Origin: an uncultured Chloroflexia bacterium | GTDB taxonomy: Bacteria > Chloroflexota > Limnocylindria > Limnocylindrales > CSP1-4 | NCBI GenBank assembly: GCA_963705425.1 | Contig: CAVPJO010000014.1 | Span: forward strand, 925-64,924 | Length of the DNA stretch: 64,000 nt | Direction: 5' to 3' | Shown here: positions 27,317-37,969 of the stretch, piece after piece | Layout: each line of letters opens with the position of its first letter | Numbering within the stretch: the first letter of the stretch is position 1 | Made by a program: the position numbers and the translations under genes | The notes under the pieces: generated by a model | Database searches by the model: none | Seen by the model: the letters and a program-made list of their open reading frames with translations, nothing else | What the model was told of the DNA's origin: nothing

Positions 27317-28672
27317 TCAGTCGTTGTAGAGCCGCTCCTCGATGAGCTTCTCCATGACCGTGCGGCCGCTGGGGTCGAAGCAGGAGTACTCGAAGTACTT
27401 CTGGTACTCGAGGTCCACGGCGTTGGTGCCACCGCGGTTCTTCTCGACGGTCAGCACCACCCAATCTCGGAAGCGCTGGGCCTGGTACGGGTTGAACTCG
27501 ATATTGACCTTGGCCACGATCTGGTACTTCTCGTTGAGGATGACGATGATGTCCGCCTCGTAGTTGATGGCCGACGAGCCGCGCAGGTGGTGGTTGCGCA
27601 AGCGGGCCGCCTTCAGGCCTTCCTTGTCGGCGGCCACGATCGAGATGAGCGGTACCTCGTAGTTGAGCGCCAGGTCCTTGAGGCCCTGCACCACGGTGGT
27701 GACCTTCTCGGCCTCATTGGCCGGCTCGGGATGGACCGGCACCTTCTGCATGTAGTCGATGAAGACGATGAGACGGCGGTCGCCAGCGAGCTCCTTGTAC
27801 TTCTCCACCAGCGAAGCCATGTTCTCGACGGTGCTGGTGGTCTGCGAGCCGCGCAGCAGGTAGAGGTTGGGCCCGTAGCGGTTGACGCGCTCGAGGGCCG
27901 GTCGCAGGCGTGGGTTGGCGCCAAGATCGGCGTTCTGGCCGCCGGTGGCCATCCACGTGCCCAGGATCTCCTGGCGCACATCGACGAGCTTCACGCCGCC
28001 GCTGCGCGAGGGCATGCTGGGTAGCACCGACTCCTGGGCGATGAGGCGGTTGAGCAGGTACTCCTCGTCGTGCTCGAAGCAGATGTAGAGCACGCTGGCG
28101 AGGCCGCCCATCACGATGTTGCGTGCCATCTGCAGGGCCATCGTGGTCTTGCCCGTGCCCTGGGCGCCACCGATGAGCAGCATCTCGCCGGCTCGGATGC
28201 CACCACCGATGGACTTGTCCAGCGGGGTGAAACCGAGCGGAGTCGGTTGGTACTGGGTGACGTCACCCTCGGCGACCTTGCCCGCGAGGGTGCTCAGGAC
28301 CTGGGTAGCGCTGCGTGGCTCGATATTGCCGATGCCGGAGTCGTAGGCCCAGACCTTGCCGCCGATGGTCTCGTCGGTGACGGTGATGGCGCTGGGCTGC
28401 TGCGGCGCCAGCGATGGCTGCGACAGGCGCGGATCGAGGCCGATCTGCTGAGAGGTCGGCAGGGGCGCCAGGGGCCCGAGTGGAGCCACCGGCGGAGCGG
28501 GGGGCGCCATGGGCGGAGGCGCCAGCGGGCTAGGCGCCGGTGGTGGCGGCGCCTCCTGGGGAGCCAACGCCGGCTCCACAGGCGGCGCGGCCGAGGTGGC
28601 GGCGTCCATGGGGGGCGGTTCCTGGTCGGTCATTTGGCCGAGGCCGGTATCGGGGGCTTCAGGGGATGTCAT
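27317..28672 (-). CDS. DnaB C-terminal-domain (RecA-fold) ATPase with a proline-rich N-terminal region; no DnaB N-terminal domain
   Basis: ORF 27317..28672 (451 aa). The first ~90 aa are Pro/Ala-rich. Then TPLGFTPLDKSIGGGIRAGEMLLIGGAQGTGKTT (Walker A), RLIVFIDYMQKV (Walker B-like) and LRGSSAINYEADIIVIL. Confidence 0.8.
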   Translation of the reverse strand: MTSPEAPDTGLGQMTDQEPPPMDAATSAAPPVEPALAPQEAPPPPAPSPLAPPPMAPPAPPVAPLGPLAPLPTSQQIGLDPRLSQPSLAPQQPSAITVTDETIGGKVWAYDSGIGNIEPRSATQVLSTLAGKVAEGDVTQYQPTPLGFTPLDKSIGGGIRAGEMLLIGGAQGTGKTTMALQMARNIVMGGLASVLYICFEHDEEYLLNRLIAQESVLPSMPSRSGGVKLVDVRQEILGTWMATGGQNADLGANPRLRPALERVNRYGPNLYLLRGSQTTSTVENMASLVEKYKELAGDRRLIVFIDYMQKVPVHPEPANEAEKVTTVVQGLKDLALNYEVPLISIVAADKEGLKAARLRNHHLRGSSAINYEADIIVILNEKYQIVAKVNIEFNPYQAQRFRDWVVLTVEKNRGGTNAVDLEYQKYFEYSCFDPSGRTVMEKLIEERLYND

Positions 28673-28682
28673 AGCGGCAGGC

Positions 28683-28696
28683 GAGGCCTAGGCCTC
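28683..28696. promoter_or_regulatory. Perfect 14-bp palindrome GAGGCCTAGGCCTC, candidate protein-binding site 11 nt upstream of the DnaB-C-like start codon
   Basis: Read directly: gcGAGGCCTAGGCCTCttc at 28683..28696. The gene's ATG is at 28672 on the minus strand. The central spacing is too tight to form a hairpin loop. Confidence 0.35.
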
Positions 28697-28795
28697 TTCA
28701 GGCTCCTTGCGACAGGCTTCCACGCCTTGGATGCTAGCAACCTGGTGGCCGTGTCGAGGGCATCCAACCCTCCTAGTCCGCCTCCGCCAGCGGTA

Positions 28796-30175
28796 CTAGC
28801 CCCGGGCCAGCGCCTCCCAGTAGCGAGCCACCGTACGGGCGCCGCCCTCGTAGTTGGCCAGCACCAGCGATTCGTTGGGCGAGTGTGCATTGTCGTCGGG
28901 GTTGGTGAAGCCCATCATCACGATGGGCAGACCCAGGACCCGGTCGAAGCTGGCCACAGCGCCGATGGAGCCGCCCTCGTAGATGAAGTAGGGTTCCTGC
29001 CCGAAGACGTCCCGCAGGCAGGCCGCCGCGGCCTGTGCCGCCGGATGCTCAGGGCTGACCACGAAGGGCCACATCTCGTCGAGCTGGCTGAGGTGGACCT
29101 GGACCCCAGGCACGTCCACCGCGAGGATGGCATCCCGCACCAGCCTGAAGGTCTTGTTGGGGTCCATGCCCGGCGCCAGGCGGCATGAGAACTTGGCATG
29201 GGCGTGAGCCGGGATGATGGTCTTGCTGCCCTCGCCGGTGAAGCCGGCCCAGATGCCGCAGATGTCCAGGGTGGGGCGCAGGCCCTTGCGCTCGAGCGGG
29301 CTGTAGCCAGGCTCCCCGAAGAGCTCGGAGACGCCGATACCGTCGGCGAAGTCGGCCTCGTCGAAGGGCAGCCGTGCGAGCTCCCCGCGCTCGATCTCGC
29401 TGAGTTCCGGAGCGTCGTCATAGAAGCCGGGAACGGTGATCCGACCCTCGCCGTCGCGCAGCGAGGCCAGGATGCGGACGAGGGCGTTGGCCGGGTTCTG
29501 GACCATGCCGCCGAAGCTGCCAGAGTGGAGATCTTGCCGAGGCCCGGTCACGTCGAGCTCGAAGTAGGTGTTGCCGCGTAGCGAGACGGTCAGGGCCGGG
29601 TGGTTGCCTTCGTAGAAACCGGTGTCGGTGACGACCACGATGTCGGCGTCAAGGCGACCGGCATTGGCCTCGAGCCACGCTTCGAAGTTGGGCGAGCCAG
29701 CCTCTTCCTCGCCCTCGATGACGTAGCGGATGTTGACCGGCAGCCGGCCGTGGCTCTCCATCCACGCCTTGGCGGCCCACAGGTGCAGGTGCACCTGCCC
29801 TTTGTCGTCGGACACTCCACGCCCGTAGATGCGGCCGTTCTCGACGCGCGGCTCGAAGGGCGGTCGTACCCACAACTCCAGCGGGTCGGTCGGCTGGACA
29901 TCGTAATGTGCGTAGACGACCACGGTGGGCGCACCCGGCGCGTGAAGCCAATCGGCATAGACGACCGGGTGGCCAGCTGTGGGCGAGGCCTCGACGTGTT
30001 CAAGGCCGATGTCGCGCATGTGTGCGGCGATCCACTCGGCGCCGGCACGTACGTCCTCGTGGTGCTCCGGCAGGGCGCCGATGGTGGGGATGCGCAGGAA
30101 CTCCTTGAGCTCCGCGAGTCGCTCTTCGGCAGTGCGTTCAAGATAAGCCTCGACGGCCTCCATGGGCGTGCTCAA
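28796..30175 (-). CDS. M20-family dipeptidase
   Basis: ORF 28796..30175 (459 aa): VVVYAHYDVQP, GRIYGRGVSDDKGQ, YVIEGEEEAGSPNF, MMGFTNPDDNAHSPNE. Confidence 0.9.
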   Translation of the reverse strand: MSTPMEAVEAYLERTAEERLAELKEFLRIPTIGALPEHHEDVRAGAEWIAAHMRDIGLEHVEASPTAGHPVVYADWLHAPGAPTVVVYAHYDVQPTDPLELWVRPPFEPRVENGRIYGRGVSDDKGQVHLHLWAAKAWMESHGRLPVNIRYVIEGEEEAGSPNFEAWLEANAGRLDADIVVVTDTGFYEGNHPALTVSLRGNTYFELDVTGPRQDLHSGSFGGMVQNPANALVRILASLRDGEGRITVPGFYDDAPELSEIERGELARLPFDEADFADGIGVSELFGEPGYSPLERKGLRPTLDICGIWAGFTGEGSKTIIPAHAHAKFSCRLAPGMDPNKTFRLVRDAILAVDVPGVQVHLSQLDEMWPFVVSPEHPAAQAAAACLRDVFGQEPYFIYEGGSIGAVASFDRVLGLPIVMMGFTNPDDNAHSPNESLVLANYEGGARTVARYWEALARG

Positions 30176-30222
30176 GAAACCCTCCCGCGTGTGCTGGTGG
30201 CTGGCCTCCGCCGGGCTGTGGC

Positions 30223-32199
<1,977 letters not shown>

Positions 32200-32386
32200 G
32201 AAACGACTGTTCAAGGACGACCTGCCTTCGAGAGTGAGAGCGCCCGGATGACCGGGTCGGGAAGCGCGATTATAGGCCCGAGACCGAAAAGGCCCATACC
32301 CGAGGCAGGTCATGCGGGGCCGCGGGGCAACGGGTTCGCCGCAGCCGCCGCCGCCTTTCGGCTACTATGTCGGCCACGTCACTCGT

Positions 32387-32461
32387 GGCTGGGTAGCTCA
32401 GCGGCAGAGCAAACGGCTCATAATCGTTAGGTCGGCAGTTCGAATTTGCCCCCAGCCACCA
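32387..32461 (+). tRNA. tRNA-Met (anticodon CAT), CCA encoded; elongator-type stem (could also be a lysidine-modified tRNA-Ile2)
   Basis: A cloverleaf folds by hand. Acceptor GGCTGGG/CCCAGCC. D arm GCTC-AGCGGCA-GAGC. Anticodon arm AACGG-CTCATAA-TCGTT. Variable loop AGGTC. T arm GGCAG-TTCGAAT-TTGCC. Discriminator A plus CCA. Confidence 0.9.
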
Positions 32462-32566
32462 ACTCGGATACTCGACAACCCTCGGTGCCCCTCGAAGGAA
32501 GCCACCGGGGGTTCTCTGTGCGGGCGTCGGCGCACCTCTCCCCGCCGGGCGTGGCACACTCGCGTC

Positions 32567-32770
32567 ATGAGCGCTTTTCGAAAGCTGCCCTCGGCCGTGA
32601 CCGGCGCGATGGCCCCCGACCGCACGTCGACGAGCCTCCGCCTGCGCACCTCGCTCGATATGCTGCTCACGCTGGCTATGGCCGTGTTGGCGGTCGTGCT
32701 GGTCATCGGCTACCAGGTGCTGGGTCGGCTCGGATCGGGCGGCTCCTCCGGCAGTGACCGATCGGCATAG
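32567..32770 (+). CDS. Possible small single-TM protein (67 aa)
   Basis: The distal part of ORF 32312..32770 from ATG 32567 reads MSAFRKLPSAVTG...LDMLLTLAMAVLAVVLVIGYQVL. GC3 is very high, but there is no clear SD. Confidence 0.4.
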   Translation: MSAFRKLPSAVTGAMAPDRTSTSLRLRTSLDMLLTLAMAVLAVVLVIGYQVLGRLGSGGSSGSDRSA

Positions 32771-32846
32771 CGTGTCCCTGAGCGGCGGGCCTGATTGGGA
32801 GCCCGGCACGCCGCCTCAGCCGGCTTCACCATCAGGCCCCGGGCCG

Positions 32847-33774
32847 ATGCGCTTCGGGATGATCCTCGAAGTCAGCTTCCGCATCCTGCGTCGGCACTGG
32901 GCCATCCTGCTCATGCTCTCGCTGCTCTTCGCAGGACCGGGCGGATTGCTCACCGCGGCCGCTGGCATGCGGCTCACCGAAGTCGCGGGGCAACTCATTC
33001 CCGGGTTGGCGGAGGGCACCGTGGACATGGACGTCGAGGATCGACGAATCCGAGCTGCCCCGAGCGCTCGAGGCCCTGGGCACCTACGCCCTGACCACGA
33101 TCGTGGCCGGGGTGCTGGCCAGCATCGGCGCACTGGCTTTCAGTGCCGTGGTCATCGCCGACTACCACGCGCGGCCCATCGAGCTGCGAGGGACACTGCG
33201 CTCATGTCTGCGGCGAACGCCCAGCGCCCTAGCCTTCATGCTCATCACCACGCTCATCGTCATCGGCCTCGGGCTGGGCGGCCTCGTGGCCGTCTTGCTG
33301 GCCATGTCCCTGCTGCCGGCCAGCTCGGGCTCGGGTGGCCCGGGCGTGTTCCTGGCCCTGGTGGTCGTGGTCGCCGCGGTGGTGGCCGTAGTCTACGTCT
33401 CGATGCGCTGGGCACCCGCTTTCCCGGCCATGGTCAACGAGGACCTCGGCTGGCGCCCAGCGCTGTCGCGCTCCTGGTACCTCAGCGGCGACAACGTCTG
33501 GCGCATCTTTGCCGTGCTCGTCTTTGCGACGCTTGCCGCCAGCGCCCTCTCGATGATCCTGGCACAGCTGCTGTCGCTGCTCATGGTGGGCGGGCTGGCC
33601 AATCTGCTGGGCCTCGATGCGCTCGTGGCCGAGAGCGTGGCTCTGGCCATGGCGGCGGTGCTGGTGGCGGCCATCACCCCCGTGCTGACCGCCGTGCTCT
33701 ACTTCGATCTGCGCGCCCGACGTGACCCACCGACCCCGCTGCCCGTGGGGACCGAACCCGGCCAAGGCCGCTAG
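32847..33774 (+). CDS. Polytopic integral membrane protein of unknown function, one frame break near 33045
   Basis: The N-terminus MRFGMILEVSFRILRRHWAILLMLSLLFAGPG is in ORF 32754..33725. The remainder (ALEALGTYALTTIVAGVLASIGALAF ... TPVLTAVLYFDLRARR) is in the frame of ORF 33103..33774. At least six hydrophobic helices. Confidence 0.65.
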
Positions 33775-33790
33775 CCGCAGGAGCTCAGGC

Positions 33791-34183
33791 TCAGGCCCCG
33801 AAGAGGAGGTCGATCCAGGCGTCGAAGGGCGCCTTGGCAGGTCTGCCCTGGCCTTGGGGGCCGATGGGCTCGATGGGCTCCGGCGACGGCGCGCCGTCCG
33901 GGAGCTTGAAGGCCTTCTCCTGCCGCTGGCCCCAGCCGATAGCCCTGGCCTGCTGGCGGATGAAGTCGCCGCTCTTGAAGAAGGCGATCTCGGCCTGGCC
34001 GGCGGCCACACGAGCCTGGAGCACAGCGATCTCTGCCTCGGCGCGTTCAGCTTGCGCCTCGATGGTGGTCGACCTGGTGAGCGTACCGGCGAAGACCACG
34101 ATGAGCGCGACCACGATGACCAGGCCGATGGCAAACAAGAGCGCGCGGCGACCGTGGACGCGGGACTGGCGCAGGGATGACAT
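33791..34183 (-). CDS. Septum formation initiator family protein (FtsB/DivIC-like)
   Basis: ORF 33791..34183 (130 aa): basic N-terminus, one TM helix (LLFAIGLVIVVALIVVFAG), a coiled coil (EAQAERAEAEIAVLQARVAAGQAEIAFF), then DFIRQQARAIGWG. Confidence 0.7.
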   Translation of the reverse strand: MSSLRQSRVHGRRALLFAIGLVIVVALIVVFAGTLTRSTTIEAQAERAEAEIAVLQARVAAGQAEIAFFKSGDFIRQQARAIGWGQRQEKAFKLPDGAPSPEPIEPIGPQGQGRPAKAPFDAWIDLLFGA

Positions 34184-34290
34184 CAGCGCCGAGCCTAGAG
34201 AGCTACACCGCTCCGTGTCAAACCCTCGACCAGCCTGCTAGACTGCCATCTCAAACCGAACGGATGGTCGATTTCATACGAGGTCGTGCG

Positions 34291-36611
34291 ATGAGACTCC
34301 ATCAACCCATGTCAGCGCTCGATGCGCTGGAACGGTTCCTGTCCGAGCCGGGCGTGGCTGAGGCCGTGGCCGTGAGGCGGGTGCTGCCCGCCCGGGATGC
34401 CGACTACGCGCCTCTGCCCGAGTGGCTCGATCCACGGCTGGTCAGGGCCGTCGAGCGACGCGGTATCAGCGCCCTGTACAGCCACCAGCGTGAGGCCCTC
34501 GACGCCCTGCACGGTGGCGAAGACGTCGATCATCGTCACGCCCACCGCATCGGGCAAGTCGCTGTGCTACAACCTGCCGGTGCTGCAGGAGATCGCCCAG
34601 GATCCTGCCGCGCGCGCGCTATACCTGTTCCCTACCAAGGCGCTGAGCCAGGACCAGCTGGCGGAGTTCCGGGATCTCTCCGGGTTGGCCGGGATGGACC
34701 TCTCTGCGGCCGTCTACGACGGCGACACGCCGGCACCCATCCGTGCCGTGGTGCGGGAGGCTGGCCAGGTCGTGGTCACCAACCCGGACATGCTCAGCAC
34801 GGCCGTGCTGCCTCACCACACCAAGTGGTTCCAGCTCTTCGAGCAACTGCGCTTCATCGTCATCGATGAAGCGCACACCTACCGGGGCATCTTCGGCAGC
34901 CACGTGGCCAATGTGTTGCGGCGCCTCTTGCGCATCTGTGAGCACTATGGCTCGAAGCCGCGCATCGTGTGTTCCTCGGCGACGATAGGCAACCCGGCCG
35001 AACTGGCCGCGACGCTGACCGGGCGCAGCTTCCGGGTCATCGACCGCAGTGGTGCCCCCACGGGTGAGCGCCATGTGGTCGTGCTCGACCCTCCCCCGCT
35101 CGATCGGCGCAGCGGTGTGCGCCCGGGACCACACGGGCTCTCTTATCGTGCGGCGCTCTCGTTCCTGCGGGCCGGTCGGCAGACCATCGTCTTCGGGCGC
35201 GCCCGCGTGGCCGTGGAGCTGCTCTTGAGCTCGCTGCGCGAGGCCATGCGCGAGGGCCGCGGACCTATCGAGCGCATCCGGGGCTACCGCAGCGGCTACC
35301 TGCCCAACGAGCGACGGGCCATCGAGGCCGGTTTGCGCAGTGGTGAGGTGCTCGGGGTCGTCTCCACCAACGCCCTCGAGCTGGGCATCGACATCGGTGC
35401 TCTGGACGCCTCCATCCTGGCGGGCTACCCCGGCACTATCGCCGGCACGTGGCAACAGATGGGCCGGTCCGGACGTCGTGGGGAAACCAGCGTCTCCATC
35501 CTCGTGGCCGGCGCTGGTGCGCTCGATCGCTACGTGGCCACCCACCCCGAGTACCTTTTCGAGGCGACACCGGAGGAGGCTCGTCTGGACCCCGAGAACC
35601 TGCACGTGCTGCTGGCGCACCTGCGGGCGGCGACGTTCGAGTTGCCCTTCTCGACCGGAGAGACGTTCGGCTCAGCGCCTGCTGATCGATCTGCTCGCCT
35701 TCCTGGCCGAAGAGGGCCACGTGCGGCAGGCCTCCGATGGGCGCTGGTACTGGGCCAGCGAGAACTTCCCGGCCTCCGAGATCAACCTGCGCCTGGGAGC
35801 GCCCGAGAACGTGCTCATCATCGATACCGGGCCTGAGCGACCGCGGGTCCTGGGCGAAGTCGACCTTTTCGCGGCCAGGATGCTTGTCCACGAGAAGGCC
35901 ATCTACCTGCACGATTCGCAGCAGTACCACGTCGATGAGCTCGACTGGGAGGAGCGCAAGGCGCTGGTCAGGCCCGTCGATACCGACTACTACACGCAGG
36001 CCGAGCTGGCCGTGACGCTCAAGCCGCTCGACGTGTTCGCGCAGGCGGCCCGCACCGGGGGCAGTCGCCAGCACGGTGAGGTCATGATCAGCAACATCGC
36101 CACGATCTTCAAGAAGCTCAAGCTCGATACCCACGAGAACGTAGGCTGGGGCGCCATCAACCTGCCTGAGATGGAGCTGCACACCACGGCATGGTGGATC
36201 GCCGTCGACCCGGAGGCCGTGGTCGGCTGGCGCCGTGATGAGCTCGACGCCGCCCTGGTCGGCGTCGGCCGGGCCTTGCAGACGGTGGCCAGCGTGCTGC
36301 TCATGGCCGATGCGCGCGATCTGGGCATGGTGGCGCAGGTGCAATCGCCGCATGCCGAGCAGCCGGTCATCTACCTGTGGGAGGCGGCGCCTGGTGGCGT
36401 GGGCATGTCACCACGATTGTTCGATCGCACCGACGAGCTCGTGGCCGGCGCTCTCGACCTCGTCCGCGACTGCGACTGCGAGGTCGGCTGCCCGGCCTGC
36501 GTCGGCCCTCGCGGCGAGAGCCGTCTCGACGGACGGGCACTGGCGGCCCGCCTCCTGCGTGTGCTCTGCGCTGAGTCCCGCGTCGCGCAGCCGGCAGAGG
36601 CAGCTGCGTGA
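34291..36611 (+). CDS. mrfA: DEAD/DEAH-box helicase with a C-terminal DUF1998/MZB zinc-binding domain (MrfA/YprA-like); two frame breaks (~34530, ~35675)
   Basis: The gene is spread over ORFs 34177..34869, 34397..35836 and 35340..36611. Motifs: TPTASGKSLCYNLP, YLFPTKALSQDQ, FIVIDEAHTYRGIFGSH, VSTNALELGIDIG, WQQMGRSGRRG, and C-terminal CDCEVGCPACV. Confidence 0.85.
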
Positions 36612-37900
36612 CGGCCGAGCTGGCACGGCCGCAGCCCACGCTGCCGGACATGGATGCTCTCGATACCGGCCGGCTGCGCCGCACCCGGCTGGAACGGCTA
36701 CGCGACGCGCAGGTGCGCGATGCCTCGGAGATTCGCCGCCCGCCGGTCCCGGAGCCACGGCCCGATCGTGCTGCGGCCCTGGCCATCGACGTCGAGGGCA
36801 CGGTGCAGCAGACCACGCAGCGACCGATCGTCGTGGTCGAGTCCCGCGAGCCCCTCCCAGGGGACCTCGCTGGGCTGGCCTGGCTGCCCGAGCCGGTCGA
36901 TCCCTCTCGCCCGTTCGTGCTCATCGACACCGAGACCACCGGTCTCGGCAGCGGCACGGGCACACTGCCCTTCCTCGTCGGCGTCGGTACGTGGCAGGGT
37001 CAGGAGTTCGTCACACGCCAGCTACTCCTGCCGGAGCAGTCCGATGAAGCTGGTTTCCTCGACGCGTTGGAGGCGCTCATCCCACCCGAGGCGTGCCTCG
37101 TTTCCTACAATGGACGCTCCTTCGACTGGCCGTTGCTGGTGACGCGATATCGGCTGCATGGTCGCAAGCCGCCCCCGTATGCTGCCCACCTCGACCTGTT
37201 GCCGCTGGCTCGCGTGCTCTGGAAGCACCGGCTCCCAGATGCCCGCTTGGCCTCCGTGGAGGCGGTCGTGTGCGGGGTGCGACGCGGGCACGATCTGCCC
37301 GGCGGGTTGGTGCCTGGTCGGTATCTCGACTACCTGCGCTCGGGGCACGGTCGGCCGCTGAAGGATGTGCTCGAGCACAATCGCCAGGACGTCGTCTCGA
37401 TGGCGCTGCTGATGGGGGTCCTGGCCAGGGACCTAGCGCCGGTGGCTCGGACAGGGCAGGCCTCAGCGGCCGTGCACCCCGGTGACCTCGGCGGGTTGGG
37501 CCGGGCCTATGCGCGCAAACGCCGTCATGCCGAAGCGCTGGCCTGCTTCGATTCGGCCATGGAGCGGCTGCTGGAGCCGTGGGAGACGCAGTACTACGAG
37601 GCCATCGCCATGGATCGGGCGCGGACGCTGACCCGCCTTGGTCTCCGAGACGAGGCGGAGGGTGCCTGGCATGCCCTCGCTCTTGAAGGGGGCCGCTACG
37701 CCGCATGGGCCTGGCTGCACGTAGCCAAGCATCGAGAGCACGATGCCCGGGACTTCGAGGCCGCCCTGAAGGCCACCGACCGAGCCCGCGCACTGGCCGA
37801 GCGAAGCCGGCTCTTCGGGCGGCGTGATCGGCATGTCGAGCGAGACCTGGCACGCCGTGTCCCACGGTTGCGACGGCGCCTGGTCGTCGCCACTGGCTGA
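36608..37900 (+). CDS. mrfB: RNase H-like (YprB/MrfB-type) 3'-5' exonuclease domain protein with a TPR-like C-terminus
   Basis: ORF 36608..37900. The GTG start overlaps the helicase stop (GTGA). Motifs: FVLIDTETTGLGSGTGTLPFLVGVG, VSYNGRSFDWPLL, VLEHNRQDVVSMALL, then helical repeats. Confidence 0.8.
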   Translation: MTAELARPQPTLPDMDALDTGRLRRTRLERLRDAQVRDASEIRRPPVPEPRPDRAAALAIDVEGTVQQTTQRPIVVVESREPLPGDLAGLAWLPEPVDPSRPFVLIDTETTGLGSGTGTLPFLVGVGTWQGQEFVTRQLLLPEQSDEAGFLDALEALIPPEACLVSYNGRSFDWPLLVTRYRLHGRKPPPYAAHLDLLPLARVLWKHRLPDARLASVEAVVCGVRRGHDLPGGLVPGRYLDYLRSGHGRPLKDVLEHNRQDVVSMALLMGVLARDLAPVARTGQASAAVHPGDLGGLGRAYARKRRHAEALACFDSAMERLLEPWETQYYEAIAMDRARTLTRLGLRDEAEGAWHALALEGGRYAAWAWLHVAKHREHDARDFEAALKATDRARALAERSRLFGRRDRHVERDLARRVPRLRRRLVVATG

Positions 37901-37969
37901 GCGCCTCGCGGGCCGGCTGTGCCGCCCGACACGGCACGGGCGGTGGACCATGCGCTAGTGTCGGCGGCG

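Noticed and set aside
32387-32461. tRNA-Met as the attachment site of an integrated island
   Set aside because: No integrase gene is on either side. I saw no repeat of the tRNA 3' end downstream. The flanking genes (ftsH, membrane proteins, ftsB-like) look like core genes.
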